A program made the translations under genes and the position numbers. Positions 18,782-27,804 of a stretch of DNA of 64,000 nt are shown in pieces (position 1 is the first letter of the stretch; each line of letters starts with the position of its first letter). This DNA comes from Bacilli bacterium (lineage in GTDB: Bacteria > Bacillota_I > Bacilli_A > RF39 > UBA660), in the NCBI GenBank assembly GCA_017626405.1, contig JAGAIS010000002.1, positions 62,189 to 126,188 of the forward strand, given 5' to 3'. Under the pieces are notes generated by a model. That model saw only the letters and a program-made list of their open reading frames with translations. It was not told the DNA's origin and searched no databases.

Positions 18782-19906
18782 ATGAAGAAAATAATATTAT
18801 TTTTGCTTGTTATATTCCCGATAAATGTATTCGCAATTGCCGACCATGCTAAATCGAGCATATTAATTGAAAGTTCTACGGGAACTATTATCTTAGAAAA
18901 TAATAGTAATGAGAAAGCAAGTATTGCCAGTATGACTAAAATGATGACTTTGTTAATTATTATGGAATACTTAGATAATGGTAAAATATCTTTATCTGAT
19001 ATGGTACCAATAAGCGATAATGCTGCTTCTATGGGTGGATCTCAGGTTTATTTAAGTCCAAATAGTAAAATGCCATTAGAGGTTCTCTTGAAATCTGTAT
19101 CTATTGCATCGGCAAATGATTCCGCAGTAGCGTTAGCAGAATATGTTGCTGGTTCGACGGAAAAGTTTGTAGAACTCATGAATAAAAGAAGTGAAGAAAT
19201 AGGACTTACCAACACTCACTTTATGAATGTTCATGGTTTGGATGAAGAAAATCATTATTCAACAGCATATGACATGGCTATGATTGCAAGAGAACTTGTT
19301 AAACATGAAAAAATTCTTGAATATTCAAGTAAATATGAAGACTATGTTACTCATCCCGATGGGACTAATACATGGATTGTAAACACAAATAAATTAATAA
19401 ATTATTATCCAGGACTCGATGGATTAAAGACAGGATTTACTAATACTGCAGGTTATTGTATAACAGCCACAGCAAAGCGCGGTAATATGAGACTTATAAG
19501 TGTCGTAATGGGAGAAGAAAATAACAAGGTTCGAAATCAAGATACAATGGAATTATTAAATTATGGATTCTCCAATTATAAAATGGAAACAATACTAAAG
19601 AAAGACGATGTAGTTGGATCTATTAATATTGAATTTGGTAGTAAAAAGAAAGTAGACTTAGTATTAAAAAGTGATTGTCAGGACCTAGTTAGTATCTTAG
19701 AAGAAAACAATTACTCATATGAGATAATAAAAAATAAAATAAAAGCTCCGGTAAAAAAGGGCGATGTAGTTGGTAAAATAAATTTATATTCAGGCAATAC
19801 TAAAATTAGTGAATTTGATTTAACAGTTAAAGAAAATGTTAGAAAATCCAATTTCTTTGAATTATTTATCAATAATTTAGTTAACTTAACTAAAGGTTAT
19901 TATTAA
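18782..19906 (+). CDS. D-alanyl-D-alanine carboxypeptidase (low-MW PBP, PBP5-like)
   Basis: Signal peptide and the SxxK (SMTK), SxN (SAN) and KTG (KTGFT) motifs in the expected order. Confidence 0.85.
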   Translation: MKKIILFLLVIFPINVFAIADHAKSSILIESSTGTIILENNSNEKASIASMTKMMTLLIIMEYLDNGKISLSDMVPISDNAASMGGSQVYLSPNSKMPLEVLLKSVSIASANDSAVALAEYVAGSTEKFVELMNKRSEEIGLTNTHFMNVHGLDEENHYSTAYDMAMIARELVKHEKILEYSSKYEDYVTHPDGTNTWIVNTNKLINYYPGLDGLKTGFTNTAGYCITATAKRGNMRLISVVMGEENNKVRNQDTMELLNYGFSNYKMETILKKDDVVGSINIEFGSKKKVDLVLKSDCQDLVSILEENNYSYEIIKNKIKAPVKKGDVVGKINLYSGNTKISEFDLTVKENVRKSNFFELFINNLVNLTKGYY

Positions 19907-19933
19907 AAAAACGGAAATCATTTTCCGTTTTAT
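19905..19933. terminator. bidirectional rho-independent terminator
   Basis: AAACGGAAA-TCAT-TTTCCGTTT stem flanked by A- and T-runs, between convergent genes. Confidence 0.7.
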
Positions 19934-20838
19934 TCATTTATGCTATTTATTGCTTCCTTTATTACATTAATTGAATTTGTAAGTTTTTCCTCTTCTTCTT
20001 TATTTAGAGGAATGAATATTTTTTCCATAACGCCATCACGATTTACAACTGCAGGAGTGGATATACATATTTGATGATTAGTATCTAAACTAGAAACTGG
20101 CAATATTACCGATTCATTATTAAATATTGCTTTTGTAATTCTTGCAAGACACATTCCTATACCATAGAATGTAGCTCCCTTTCTCTTTATTATCTCATAA
20201 GCAGAATTTCTAACATCATCTTCGATTTTTATCATATCCTCATTAGATATAAAATCAGCAATAGGGGAGTTAGCTATACATGCATTGCTCCAACATGCAA
20301 ATTCCGAATCTCCATGTTCTCCAATAATATATGCGTCTATATCTTTAGGGTTAATATTTGTCTTCTCGCTTATCATATATCTAAGCCTTGAAGTATCTAG
20401 AGTAGTACCAGAACCAATTACTTTAGATTTATCTAATCCAGAATATTTTAATGTAAGATAAGTCATGACATCTAATGGATTGGTTGCAACTAGGAATATA
20501 CCATTGAATCCAGATTCCATAACACTGCCAATAATACTCTTAAATATTTTACTATTCTTATTTATTAAGTCCATTCTCGTCTCTCCCGGTGCTTGATTAG
20601 CTCCCGCTGCAATGACGATTAAATCAGCATCCTCACAATCTTTATAATCTCCCATGCTAATACTTATTTTACTTGGGCTATAAGAAAGACAATGATTCAA
20701 GTCCATTACTTCTCCCATCGTCTTTTCTGTATTAATATCTATTAATACTAATGTATCAACGGGAGTAGTTTGATTAAGAAGAGCATAAGCATAACTCATA
20801 CCAACATTTCCACATCCAATTAAAACAACTTTATTCAT
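19930..20838 (-). CDS. ldh: L-lactate dehydrogenase
   Basis: VVLIGCGNVGMSYAYAL Rossmann motif, ATNPLDVMT, IGSGTTLDTSRLR, GEHGDS. Confidence 0.9.
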   Translation of the reverse strand: MNKVVLIGCGNVGMSYAYALLNQTTPVDTLVLIDINTEKTMGEVMDLNHCLSYSPSKISISMGDYKDCEDADLIVIAAGANQAPGETRMDLINKNSKIFKSIIGSVMESGFNGIFLVATNPLDVMTYLTLKYSGLDKSKVIGSGTTLDTSRLRYMISEKTNINPKDIDAYIIGEHGDSEFACWSNACIANSPIADFISNEDMIKIEDDVRNSAYEIIKRKGATFYGIGMCLARITKAIFNNESVILPVSSLDTNHQICISTPAVVNRDGVMEKIFIPLNKEEEEKLTNSINVIKEAINSINE

Positions 20839-20888
20839 ATTATCACCAATTTAAATATAACATATTATTATTTTTTTTTAAATTTATA

Positions 20889-20905
20889 TTGTAAAAATTT
20901 TACAA
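20889..20905. promoter_or_regulatory. perfect palindrome TTGTAAAA-A-TTTTACAA upstream of ldh (Rex-like operator candidate)
   Basis: 17-nt perfect inverted repeat in the ldh / thyX-like divergent intergenic region. It has TTGT...ACAA ends like Rex boxes, but the spacing is one nt shorter. Confidence 0.35.
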
Positions 20906-20937
20906 ATGTATTAAATTTGATATAGGAGGCTATGGTT

Positions 20938-22542
20938 ATGATGAAAATAGAATTGCTTGGCGCAATAGATTACGACAAGTTGAAAAATGAATTAAATAAA
21001 AGGAATCAAGAAAATGTCGATGACATCGTCGAATATATGCGAGAATTAAGTGAATTGAGCAGTGCTGATGATAAAGTTTTTAAAAAACTTGAGAGCAAAT
21101 TAAAGAAAGTGAATAGTGCAACAGGAAAAGATTTAATGGACTATGTTCAATATTTAGAAGATAGTGGAAGAGCAGAGAAAGTTGCTACTGCAGGAAGATT
21201 ATCTCGTTTTGCTGGAGACATCTTTGAAGTATTAGATATAACGGAAAACAATACTTTTGAAGAAAATATTAATTTTGCAAAAAGAGTTATTAATATGGGA
21301 CATGATTCAATAACAGATCACGATTATCTAGTTTTTGCAATTAAAGATGTATCACCAGTTATTGAGCAGACTATAATTGCTGAGAGATTCTCTAGTTTTA
21401 CTATAAAATCGCGTAGAGAAGTAGATTTTTCTAAAGTTGGTTTTTATACTCCCGATTTCCATGATGAAAATGGAGTATTGCTACCAAATAATATGAATGC
21501 AAGGTTAGATTATCAAAAATATATGACATCATTATTTGTTAAATATTCAGAACTTGAAAGTCTAGGTCTATCTAAGGAAGATGCGCGTTTTGTCTTGCCG
21601 TACTCATATAATTCTAATATTATTATGGGGATTGATGCTCATACTTTAAAAGATATGATAATTAAGTTTACAAAGACACATTTAGCTAAAATTCAAGAGT
21701 TGAGAGAATTTGGAGAGAGATTATGTGACATTGCAAGTAAGCATTGCCCATATATCTTAGATGAAATTTATGATGCTAGGGTTTTAACTACTGATCCAGT
21801 AAGTGATTACTTGGAAAGCAAAGAATTAAAAAGAGAATATAAAGTGTTAGATTCAGTTAAAATGTTAAATGCTTCTAACAGAGTTGATGATACAATTCTT
21901 GTTGCTGCAATTATGAAAAGATATCAATATGATAGAGAAAAAGCAATGAAAGTATTGAAAAAAATAGCAAAAGAAGATCCAGAATTCAAAAGTATCTTAA
22001 TGCGTAAAATTGTCTTCGAAGGAGATAAATCAGAACTCGCTCAAGTTAATTTTGAATTTCAAATCCCATTATCTTTTGCCGTATTAACTCATTTGACTAG
22101 ACATCGTACTCATCACTTGTTAGTTCCGGAGTTTGCCCCTAATATTGATTTAAAACAATATAAGGTTCCACCAAAAGCAAAAATTATTGCTCCGGGAATG
22201 CTTGAGGAAGTTTATGATAAAAACTATCAAATGTATTTAGAATTTAAAGAAAAATATGGAGTTTGTGATGAAGACTTAATCTATTTCACTTTATCGGGAA
22301 ACATGGTTAATGTTATTTCTAATATGGACGGAAAAACAGTTGAGCATATTTTAGGCCTTCGTGAATGTAGCAAAGCACAATGGGAGACACAAGCTATGGC
22401 TCACGGAATACATAGAGAAATTGATAATCTCCCTCATGCCGAGATATACTCAAGCATTTTGGGCTCTACATGTATGACTCAGGGTTATTGTAAAGAGGGT
22501 AAAGAATCTTGCGGAAGATTATTACAAAAAAAGGATAATTAG
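20938..22542 (+). CDS. tandem ThyX-domain protein (FAD-dependent thymidylate synthase-like, double length)
   Basis: Two ThyX-like halves. First: MGHDSITDHDYLVFAI...AERFSSFTIKSRRE...EDARFVLP. Second: FEFQIPLSFAVLTHLTRHRTHH...LGLRECSKAQWETQ. ATG 20938 is well spaced from an AGGAGG RBS. Confidence 0.7.
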   Translation: MMKIELLGAIDYDKLKNELNKRNQENVDDIVEYMRELSELSSADDKVFKKLESKLKKVNSATGKDLMDYVQYLEDSGRAEKVATAGRLSRFAGDIFEVLDITENNTFEENINFAKRVINMGHDSITDHDYLVFAIKDVSPVIEQTIIAERFSSFTIKSRREVDFSKVGFYTPDFHDENGVLLPNNMNARLDYQKYMTSLFVKYSELESLGLSKEDARFVLPYSYNSNIIMGIDAHTLKDMIIKFTKTHLAKIQELREFGERLCDIASKHCPYILDEIYDARVLTTDPVSDYLESKELKREYKVLDSVKMLNASNRVDDTILVAAIMKRYQYDREKAMKVLKKIAKEDPEFKSILMRKIVFEGDKSELAQVNFEFQIPLSFAVLTHLTRHRTHHLLVPEFAPNIDLKQYKVPPKAKIIAPGMLEEVYDKNYQMYLEFKEKYGVCDEDLIYFTLSGNMVNVISNMDGKTVEHILGLRECSKAQWETQAMAHGIHREIDNLPHAEIYSSILGSTCMTQGYCKEGKESCGRLLQKKDN

Positions 22543-22608
22543 ATTTATTCTTTTTTTTGTGTTTTTTTTATAAATATGCTATTATATACAAGCAAAAGAA
22601 GGGGTATT

Positions 22609-23502
22609 ATGAATAAAATTTTGGAATCTAATAACTTAATAATAGAAGAATTAATCAAATCATCCGGTTTACCAATAGATTATAATAGTTATTATTTTAG
22701 ATATAATGGTTCTATTTTAGATGAAGTTGGCAACAAATATATCTATAAGGATAAAACGGAAGTTATAATAATTAAGATAGATCAAGAAAATGTTTCATTA
22801 TTACATGTAAAAAATGATAAGTTATTATATTTGTATTCAAGAGTTGATGGTTCTGAATTAAAGGTAATGAGAGGTTTTGATAACAGTTTTTCATATGTTT
22901 GCTTGTCTCATGATAATATGAGAGTAATATTATCTAATTCGTATACTTTTGAAGTGAGAGATTTATTGAAAGAATATCAAATTAAGTCTAATATAAAAAT
23001 ACCCAAAACTTTGGAATATACAGAATTTAGTTTTAATCTTCCAATATTGGTCGAAGAGGAAAGCAAAGAATTAGATATATATAAGTATATACCAGAATCT
23101 AAATTGACAGTTATAAAAGGAAATGATGGGGTGGCATATGAAACTTTTGGAAGTCATGGAAGAAAGTATTATCGCGAAGAGACATTCAAGGTTGCACCTT
23201 CTTTAATTAATTCTGACATTTTACCTCGCTTCAAGTCATCATCGAGAATTCAAAAACAATATTTAGTAGTTAATCCATATATTATAGAAGATATTTCGAA
23301 ATCTATTTATCCTTTGCGTTCATCGATCACTAAAGAACTATATAAAGAGACATTTCTCGAAGAAAATAGTGATCTATATAGATTTTATGTTCGTCGATTT
23401 GATGAGATAGTTTATGCTGTTGACTATTTCCAAAATGAAAATTCAGATAATTTTTATGTTTTTGAAGAAGACTTAAAAAAGCTGCAACAGAGAAAAAATT
23501 AA
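22609..23502 (+). CDS. hypothetical protein
   Basis: AAGAAGGGG RBS before ATG 22609. No recognisable motif. Confidence 0.55.
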   Translation: MNKILESNNLIIEELIKSSGLPIDYNSYYFRYNGSILDEVGNKYIYKDKTEVIIIKIDQENVSLLHVKNDKLLYLYSRVDGSELKVMRGFDNSFSYVCLSHDNMRVILSNSYTFEVRDLLKEYQIKSNIKIPKTLEYTEFSFNLPILVEEESKELDIYKYIPESKLTVIKGNDGVAYETFGSHGRKYYREETFKVAPSLINSDILPRFKSSSRIQKQYLVVNPYIIEDISKSIYPLRSSITKELYKETFLEENSDLYRFYVRRFDEIVYAVDYFQNENSDNFYVFEEDLKKLQQRKN

Positions 23503-23581
23503 GATATGTAATTGATTAATAGAAAAGTAATAGATTTAAAACAATTAATATGATATAATTTAACGAGATTGGTGGTTTACT

Positions 23582-23977
23582 ATGGGAACAAAACGAAGTG
23601 AATTAAGAGAAAAAGTAATGACTATTCTTTATCAAATATCTTTATATACACAGAATAAAATTGATTATGATGTCGATGATGTAATTAGAGAAAATGTCGA
23701 AATTGATAATGAATTTGTCAAAGAATTAGTATACGGGATAATAACTCATAAGGACGAAATAGACAAAACAGCCAATGAACATTTAAACAATTGGACTATA
23801 GATCGTTTAGACTCAATGGGAAAAGAGATACTTAGAATGGGAATCTATGAAATTAAATATACTGATACTCCCGATTTAGTATCAATTAATGAGGCATTGG
23901 AACTCGCTAAGAAGTACAGTGATGATGCTGTTCGCAAAATGATTAATGCCGTATTAGATAAATTAATAAATGAATAG
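23582..23977 (+). CDS. nusB: transcription antitermination factor NusB
   Basis: 131 aa. RSELREKVMTILYQ N-terminus and INEALELAKKYSDD...FINAVLDK-type C-terminus, typical of NusB. Confidence 0.9.
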   Translation: MGTKRSELREKVMTILYQISLYTQNKIDYDVDDVIRENVEIDNEFVKELVYGIITHKDEIDKTANEHLNNWTIDRLDSMGKEILRMGIYEIKYTDTPDLVSINEALELAKKYSDDAVRKMINAVLDKLINE

Positions 23978-23995
23978 ATGATTCTATTCATTTTT
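23969..23995 (+). terminator. rho-independent terminator after nusB
   Basis: AATGAATAGA-TGAT-TCTATTCATT stem followed by a T-run; overlaps the stop codon. Confidence 0.65.
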
Positions 23996-24175
23996 GTGCT
24001 ATAATTAAATTGGTAGTTATCTTATTGTAATATTTTATGGTTTTTGGTAGTACAATTTACTAAGTTACTAGTATTTTTTGATTTATTAGTAAATAAAGTG
24101 TAAAATATTAACAATAATTTATATTATTTTAATATTATGATGTTATAATACACAACAAATGAGAGGAAAATTAAT

Positions 24176-24880
24176 ATGAATATAACAGAAGAAATAATTA
24201 AAAAATTAGGAATAATAGGATATCCTTGGAAAGTCAGTGTAGTATTAGAATATTTTTTTAGTGAAAATATTAATGACATATATGGGACATCAAATATGAG
24301 TTCTGAAGATATAGATTTTACTTTAACACATAAATCTATTAATATAGAATCAATATTCTCAGAAGGTCATCATACTATATATGTTGACTTTGATCGTTCA
24401 AGTAATGTATGTACTATAAGATGTGATAAAGTTGTAGGTGATAAAACTACAAGAGTATTTGAAATTATCGACACACCAACTAATATTGAAAATATTGAGA
24501 TTGATGAAGAAGGAATTCAAAAGAAGTATATTTATGGAAAATCTTCAGTTAGCTTTGGATTCGAAGTTAGTCATGTAGAAGGAGAGAAACAAGTTATAGA
24601 TTATAGAGGAACTCTATGTCCAATATATTCGAAAACAAAGAATACTGATTGGTTTGATTACACACAAGATTGTCCACCTAAAGTAAAAGAAAAATCAATA
24701 TTAAAGAGAATAGTAGATGAGTTATCTGGTAGAGGAAACAGTAGACAAGTTCTTACATCAGAAGATGCTACTATCGAATTAGAAGAGTTCTCAGACAGAA
24801 TTTTTGGAACACTTGTAAAGGAAGCTCAAACTGTTCTTCAATCAAATGAAAATAGCAATAAGAAAAGAATTCGTGTTTAA
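24176..24880 (+). CDS. hypothetical protein
   Basis: GAGAGGAAA RBS, 234 aa, no recognisable motif. Confidence 0.55.
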   Translation: MNITEEIIKKLGIIGYPWKVSVVLEYFFSENINDIYGTSNMSSEDIDFTLTHKSINIESIFSEGHHTIYVDFDRSSNVCTIRCDKVVGDKTTRVFEIIDTPTNIENIEIDEEGIQKKYIYGKSSVSFGFEVSHVEGEKQVIDYRGTLCPIYSKTKNTDWFDYTQDCPPKVKEKSILKRIVDELSGRGNSRQVLTSEDATIELEEFSDRIFGTLVKEAQTVLQSNENSNKKRIRV

Positions 24881-24895
24881 CACGAATTTTTTTTG
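24867..24895 (+). terminator. rho-independent terminator
   Basis: AATTCGTG...CACGAATT stem followed by T8. Confidence 0.7.
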
Positions 24896-25003
24896 TTTTA
24901 GAGATATATTTTTAAAAATTTACATATAATGTATTAAAGTTGTTTGAATTATTAATTCGTTTGTGCTATTATATAAAACAAAAAAATTAATGGGGTGGTT
25001 TTG

Positions 25004-25534
25004 ATGAGAAAGAAAGATATAATTCTTAATGCCAAAAAAGCTATAGAGAATTTAGAGTATAAAAAGAATCAATTTATCTATCACCGATATACTAAGTATA
25101 TTGTTGATTATCGAATTGAAGATGATTGTATAAGAGTATTCTCGAATTTGGGGGCCTCAAGAAAAATAAAAAACACCCATAGTAATATGAATAAAATAAA
25201 TAGAGCAATTATCAAAAATAAAATTGAAATTGCCAATAAGATAGATGAGTATGAAAATAATAGTCGAGATAGATCATTAGTACTTTTAGTAAATATGTTT
25301 TTATTGTGCGCATCGGGGACAATGGTAGTATTAACTTTATTTATCGGAAGTTATATGTTATTTCTATTGTCTATTATATTATTTTCTATATCAGTACTAA
25401 CTTCATCTATTATGGGGCTTAATTACTATATTAAAGTTAAAGAAATCCAAAACTTAAAACAAATAACCGGATACAAGATGGAGAACGAATTCAAACTTCC
25501 ACACATTGATTTATCATCAATTAAAACGAGATAG
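25004..25534 (+). CDS. hypothetical membrane protein
   Basis: GGGGTGG RBS before ATG 25004. Two adjacent TM helices near the C-terminus. Confidence 0.55.
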   Translation: MRKKDIILNAKKAIENLEYKKNQFIYHRYTKYIVDYRIEDDCIRVFSNLGASRKIKNTHSNMNKINRAIIKNKIEIANKIDEYENNSRDRSLVLLVNMFLLCASGTMVVLTLFIGSYMLFLLSIILFSISVLTSSIMGLNYYIKVKEIQNLKQITGYKMENEFKLPHIDLSSIKTR

Positions 25535-25539
25535 AACTT

Positions 25540-25563
25540 AATAGCAGAAATGCTATTTTTTTT
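25540..25563 (+). terminator. rho-independent terminator
   Basis: AATAGCA-GAAA-TGCTATT stem followed by T-run. Confidence 0.7.
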
Positions 25564-25621
25564 ACGCGTTTTATTGATATCATTTCTCAAATCTATTATA
25601 ATTAGATAAAGGATTGGTAGT

Positions 25622-26935
25622 ATGAAGAGAATTTACAACAATGAAGTTATATCGAGATTTTTAGTTTTACAGCCAATAATAGATATTATTACTTCACTTA
25701 TGATAAATGAATTATTAATTCCAATTTCTCTAGGAATGATTATTCGTTTTTTATTTCTTGTTTATGCTAGTGGATATCTAATAATTAAAAGAGATAAAAA
25801 AATAATATGTGTTATTTCCATATTGATTCTATATACGGGATTATCCACAATAGGTAATTTTATATTAAAGGATAACTTTAGTTTATTTACCCAAGCTTCT
25901 TTTATATTGAAATTTTTATATTTTCCAATAAGTTTATTATTCTTCTATAAGTATTTTAAGGAACATAAAGAATTGAATATGAATGTATATATACATGCTT
26001 CCCTTTTAATGACACTATCATTAGTTGTCGCAATTCTAACTAATACTAGTTATTGTTCATATATGGGTGGGGATTTTGATTGCCATCTGCGAGGGTATTT
26101 AGGCTGGTTTAATTCGGCAAATGAAACAAGTATAATACTAATTTTCTATTTGGGAATGATGCTGATAAACTATTTAAAACAAAAGAATAGTATGGGATAT
26201 TTCTATTTGTTATTAGTAGCAATATTCATGATATTAATAGGAACAAAGACAGGTTTTATTGGGTTATTTGGTATCCTTGTAATATATATCCTTTATTATG
26301 TAATATCGACAATGATTAATAATAAGAAAGTTGTATTATTCAAGAAAGTATTAATACTTTTAATATCTATAATAGGAGTAATATTATACATTCCAAATAC
26401 TCCTCTATATTTTAATCTCGATTTATCTTATAGATATTCTAAGGAACAACTAGTTACTAATAAAGATGATAATATACCAACACTTAAAACAAATAATACT
26501 GATTCTGAGATTGTTGCAAATCATCTTGTATTTAATGATCGTGACGATTTTTTAACTATTAATAAAGAAATATACTCTAATAGTAATACATTTAATAAAT
26601 TATTTGGCATTACTAATCAAGATAACTATATTAATGGAATAAAGTACGATCATATATGTGAAAGAGATCTTCACGATTTAATTATCTTTTATGGAATAGT
26701 TGGATTCTTAATCATTCTATTAGTTTCATTATATCTATTACTTAAATTAATTAAGAATATTATAAAAAGACCAAAGATATTGTTAGATGATAAATTCATT
26801 ATTACAGGAATTATAACTGCTTTAATGCTTGCTGTAAGCTACTTGGCAGGACATACTTTATTTAATCCTGCTGTATCGATTTATTTGGCACTTGTTATAA
26901 CTAATCTAGTAAGGATGAGTGATACTTATGAATAA
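25622..26935 (+). CDS. polytopic membrane protein, O-antigen polymerase/ligase-like (Wzy/WaaL-type) candidate
   Basis: 437 aa with about 10 or more hydrophobic segments and one large loop. First gene of the glycan locus, overlapping the next GT2 gene. Assigned by architecture and context only. Confidence 0.5.
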   Translation: MKRIYNNEVISRFLVLQPIIDIITSLMINELLIPISLGMIIRFLFLVYASGYLIIKRDKKIICVISILILYTGLSTIGNFILKDNFSLFTQASFILKFLYFPISLLFFYKYFKEHKELNMNVYIHASLLMTLSLVVAILTNTSYCSYMGGDFDCHLRGYLGWFNSANETSIILIFYLGMMLINYLKQKNSMGYFYLLLVAIFMILIGTKTGFIGLFGILVIYILYYVISTMINNKKVVLFKKVLILLISIIGVILYIPNTPLYFNLDLSYRYSKEQLVTNKDDNIPTLKTNNTDSEIVANHLVFNDRDDFLTINKEIYSNSNTFNKLFGITNQDNYINGIKYDHICERDLHDLIIFYGIVGFLIILLVSLYLLLKLIKNIIKRPKILLDDKFIITGIITALMLAVSYLAGHTLFNPAVSIYLALVITNLVRMSDTYE

Positions 26936-27776
26936 TGCCGTTTTAATAATTGTAAATTACAACGATTCAGAAAATACTATAAACCTAATCAATAACGTGA
27001 AGTCATACAAATCAATAAAAAAAATAGTTGTTGTCGATAATAATTCGACTGATGAATCCATAGATAATTTGAGAAAACTCAATGTAAGAAAGCTGCATAT
27101 TATTGAGAGTATTCACAACAATGGATATGCAATGGGACTAAATATGGGAGCTAAGTATGCAATGGAGGAATATAAGAATCCTATTTTGATATTTAGCAAT
27201 TCCGATATAGTGATTGAATCGGAGAATACTATTAAGAATCTTATCAACAATTTTAAAAATGATGATATAAAAGTAGTAATGCCCAAAATAAAGGAAAAAG
27301 ATAACTTTTCCTACGGGTGGAAACTTACTAGTCCTTTTCAAGATTTACTTATGAATATTCCCGGTATCAATAGAAAAATTAGAAAAAAATACCGCTACTA
27401 CGAGGAAGAGTACTTTAATACCGACACTTCGATAGTTGACTGTATCTATGGCTGTTTCTTTCTCATCGAAGGAGAATTTTTAAAGAAAATTGGCTACTTT
27501 GATGAAAATACATTCTTGTATTTTGAAGAGTATATTTTAGGAAGAAAAGTAAAAATGAATAATAAAGTATCGATAGTTGATAATCGAGAATTTGTAATTC
27601 ATAACCACAATGTATCAATAGGGAACAATGTAACGAATATTAATAAATATAAAATATATAAGAAAAGCCAATTCTATTATGAAAGAAAGTATAATAATGC
27701 AAATGCGTTAATAATGTTTTTATTTAAAGTGTTTTATTATATAAATTTAATTCCATACAAAATAACAAAAAAATGA
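26928..27776 (+). CDS. family 2 glycosyltransferase (rhamnosyltransferase-like)
   Basis: AVLIIVNYNDSENT...VVVDNNSTDES N-terminal GT2 signature; FSNSDIV (DxD-like). Confidence 0.85.
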   Translation: MNNAVLIIVNYNDSENTINLINNVKSYKSIKKIVVVDNNSTDESIDNLRKLNVRKLHIIESIHNNGYAMGLNMGAKYAMEEYKNPILIFSNSDIVIESENTIKNLINNFKNDDIKVVMPKIKEKDNFSYGWKLTSPFQDLLMNIPGINRKIRKKYRYYEEEYFNTDTSIVDCIYGCFFLIEGEFLKKIGYFDENTFLYFEEYILGRKVKMNNKVSIVDNREFVIHNHNVSIGNNVTNINKYKIYKKSQFYYERKYNNANALIMFLFKVFYYINLIPYKITKK

Positions 27777-27804
27777 GTTATAATACATTAAGGAGGGTAA
27801 TGGT

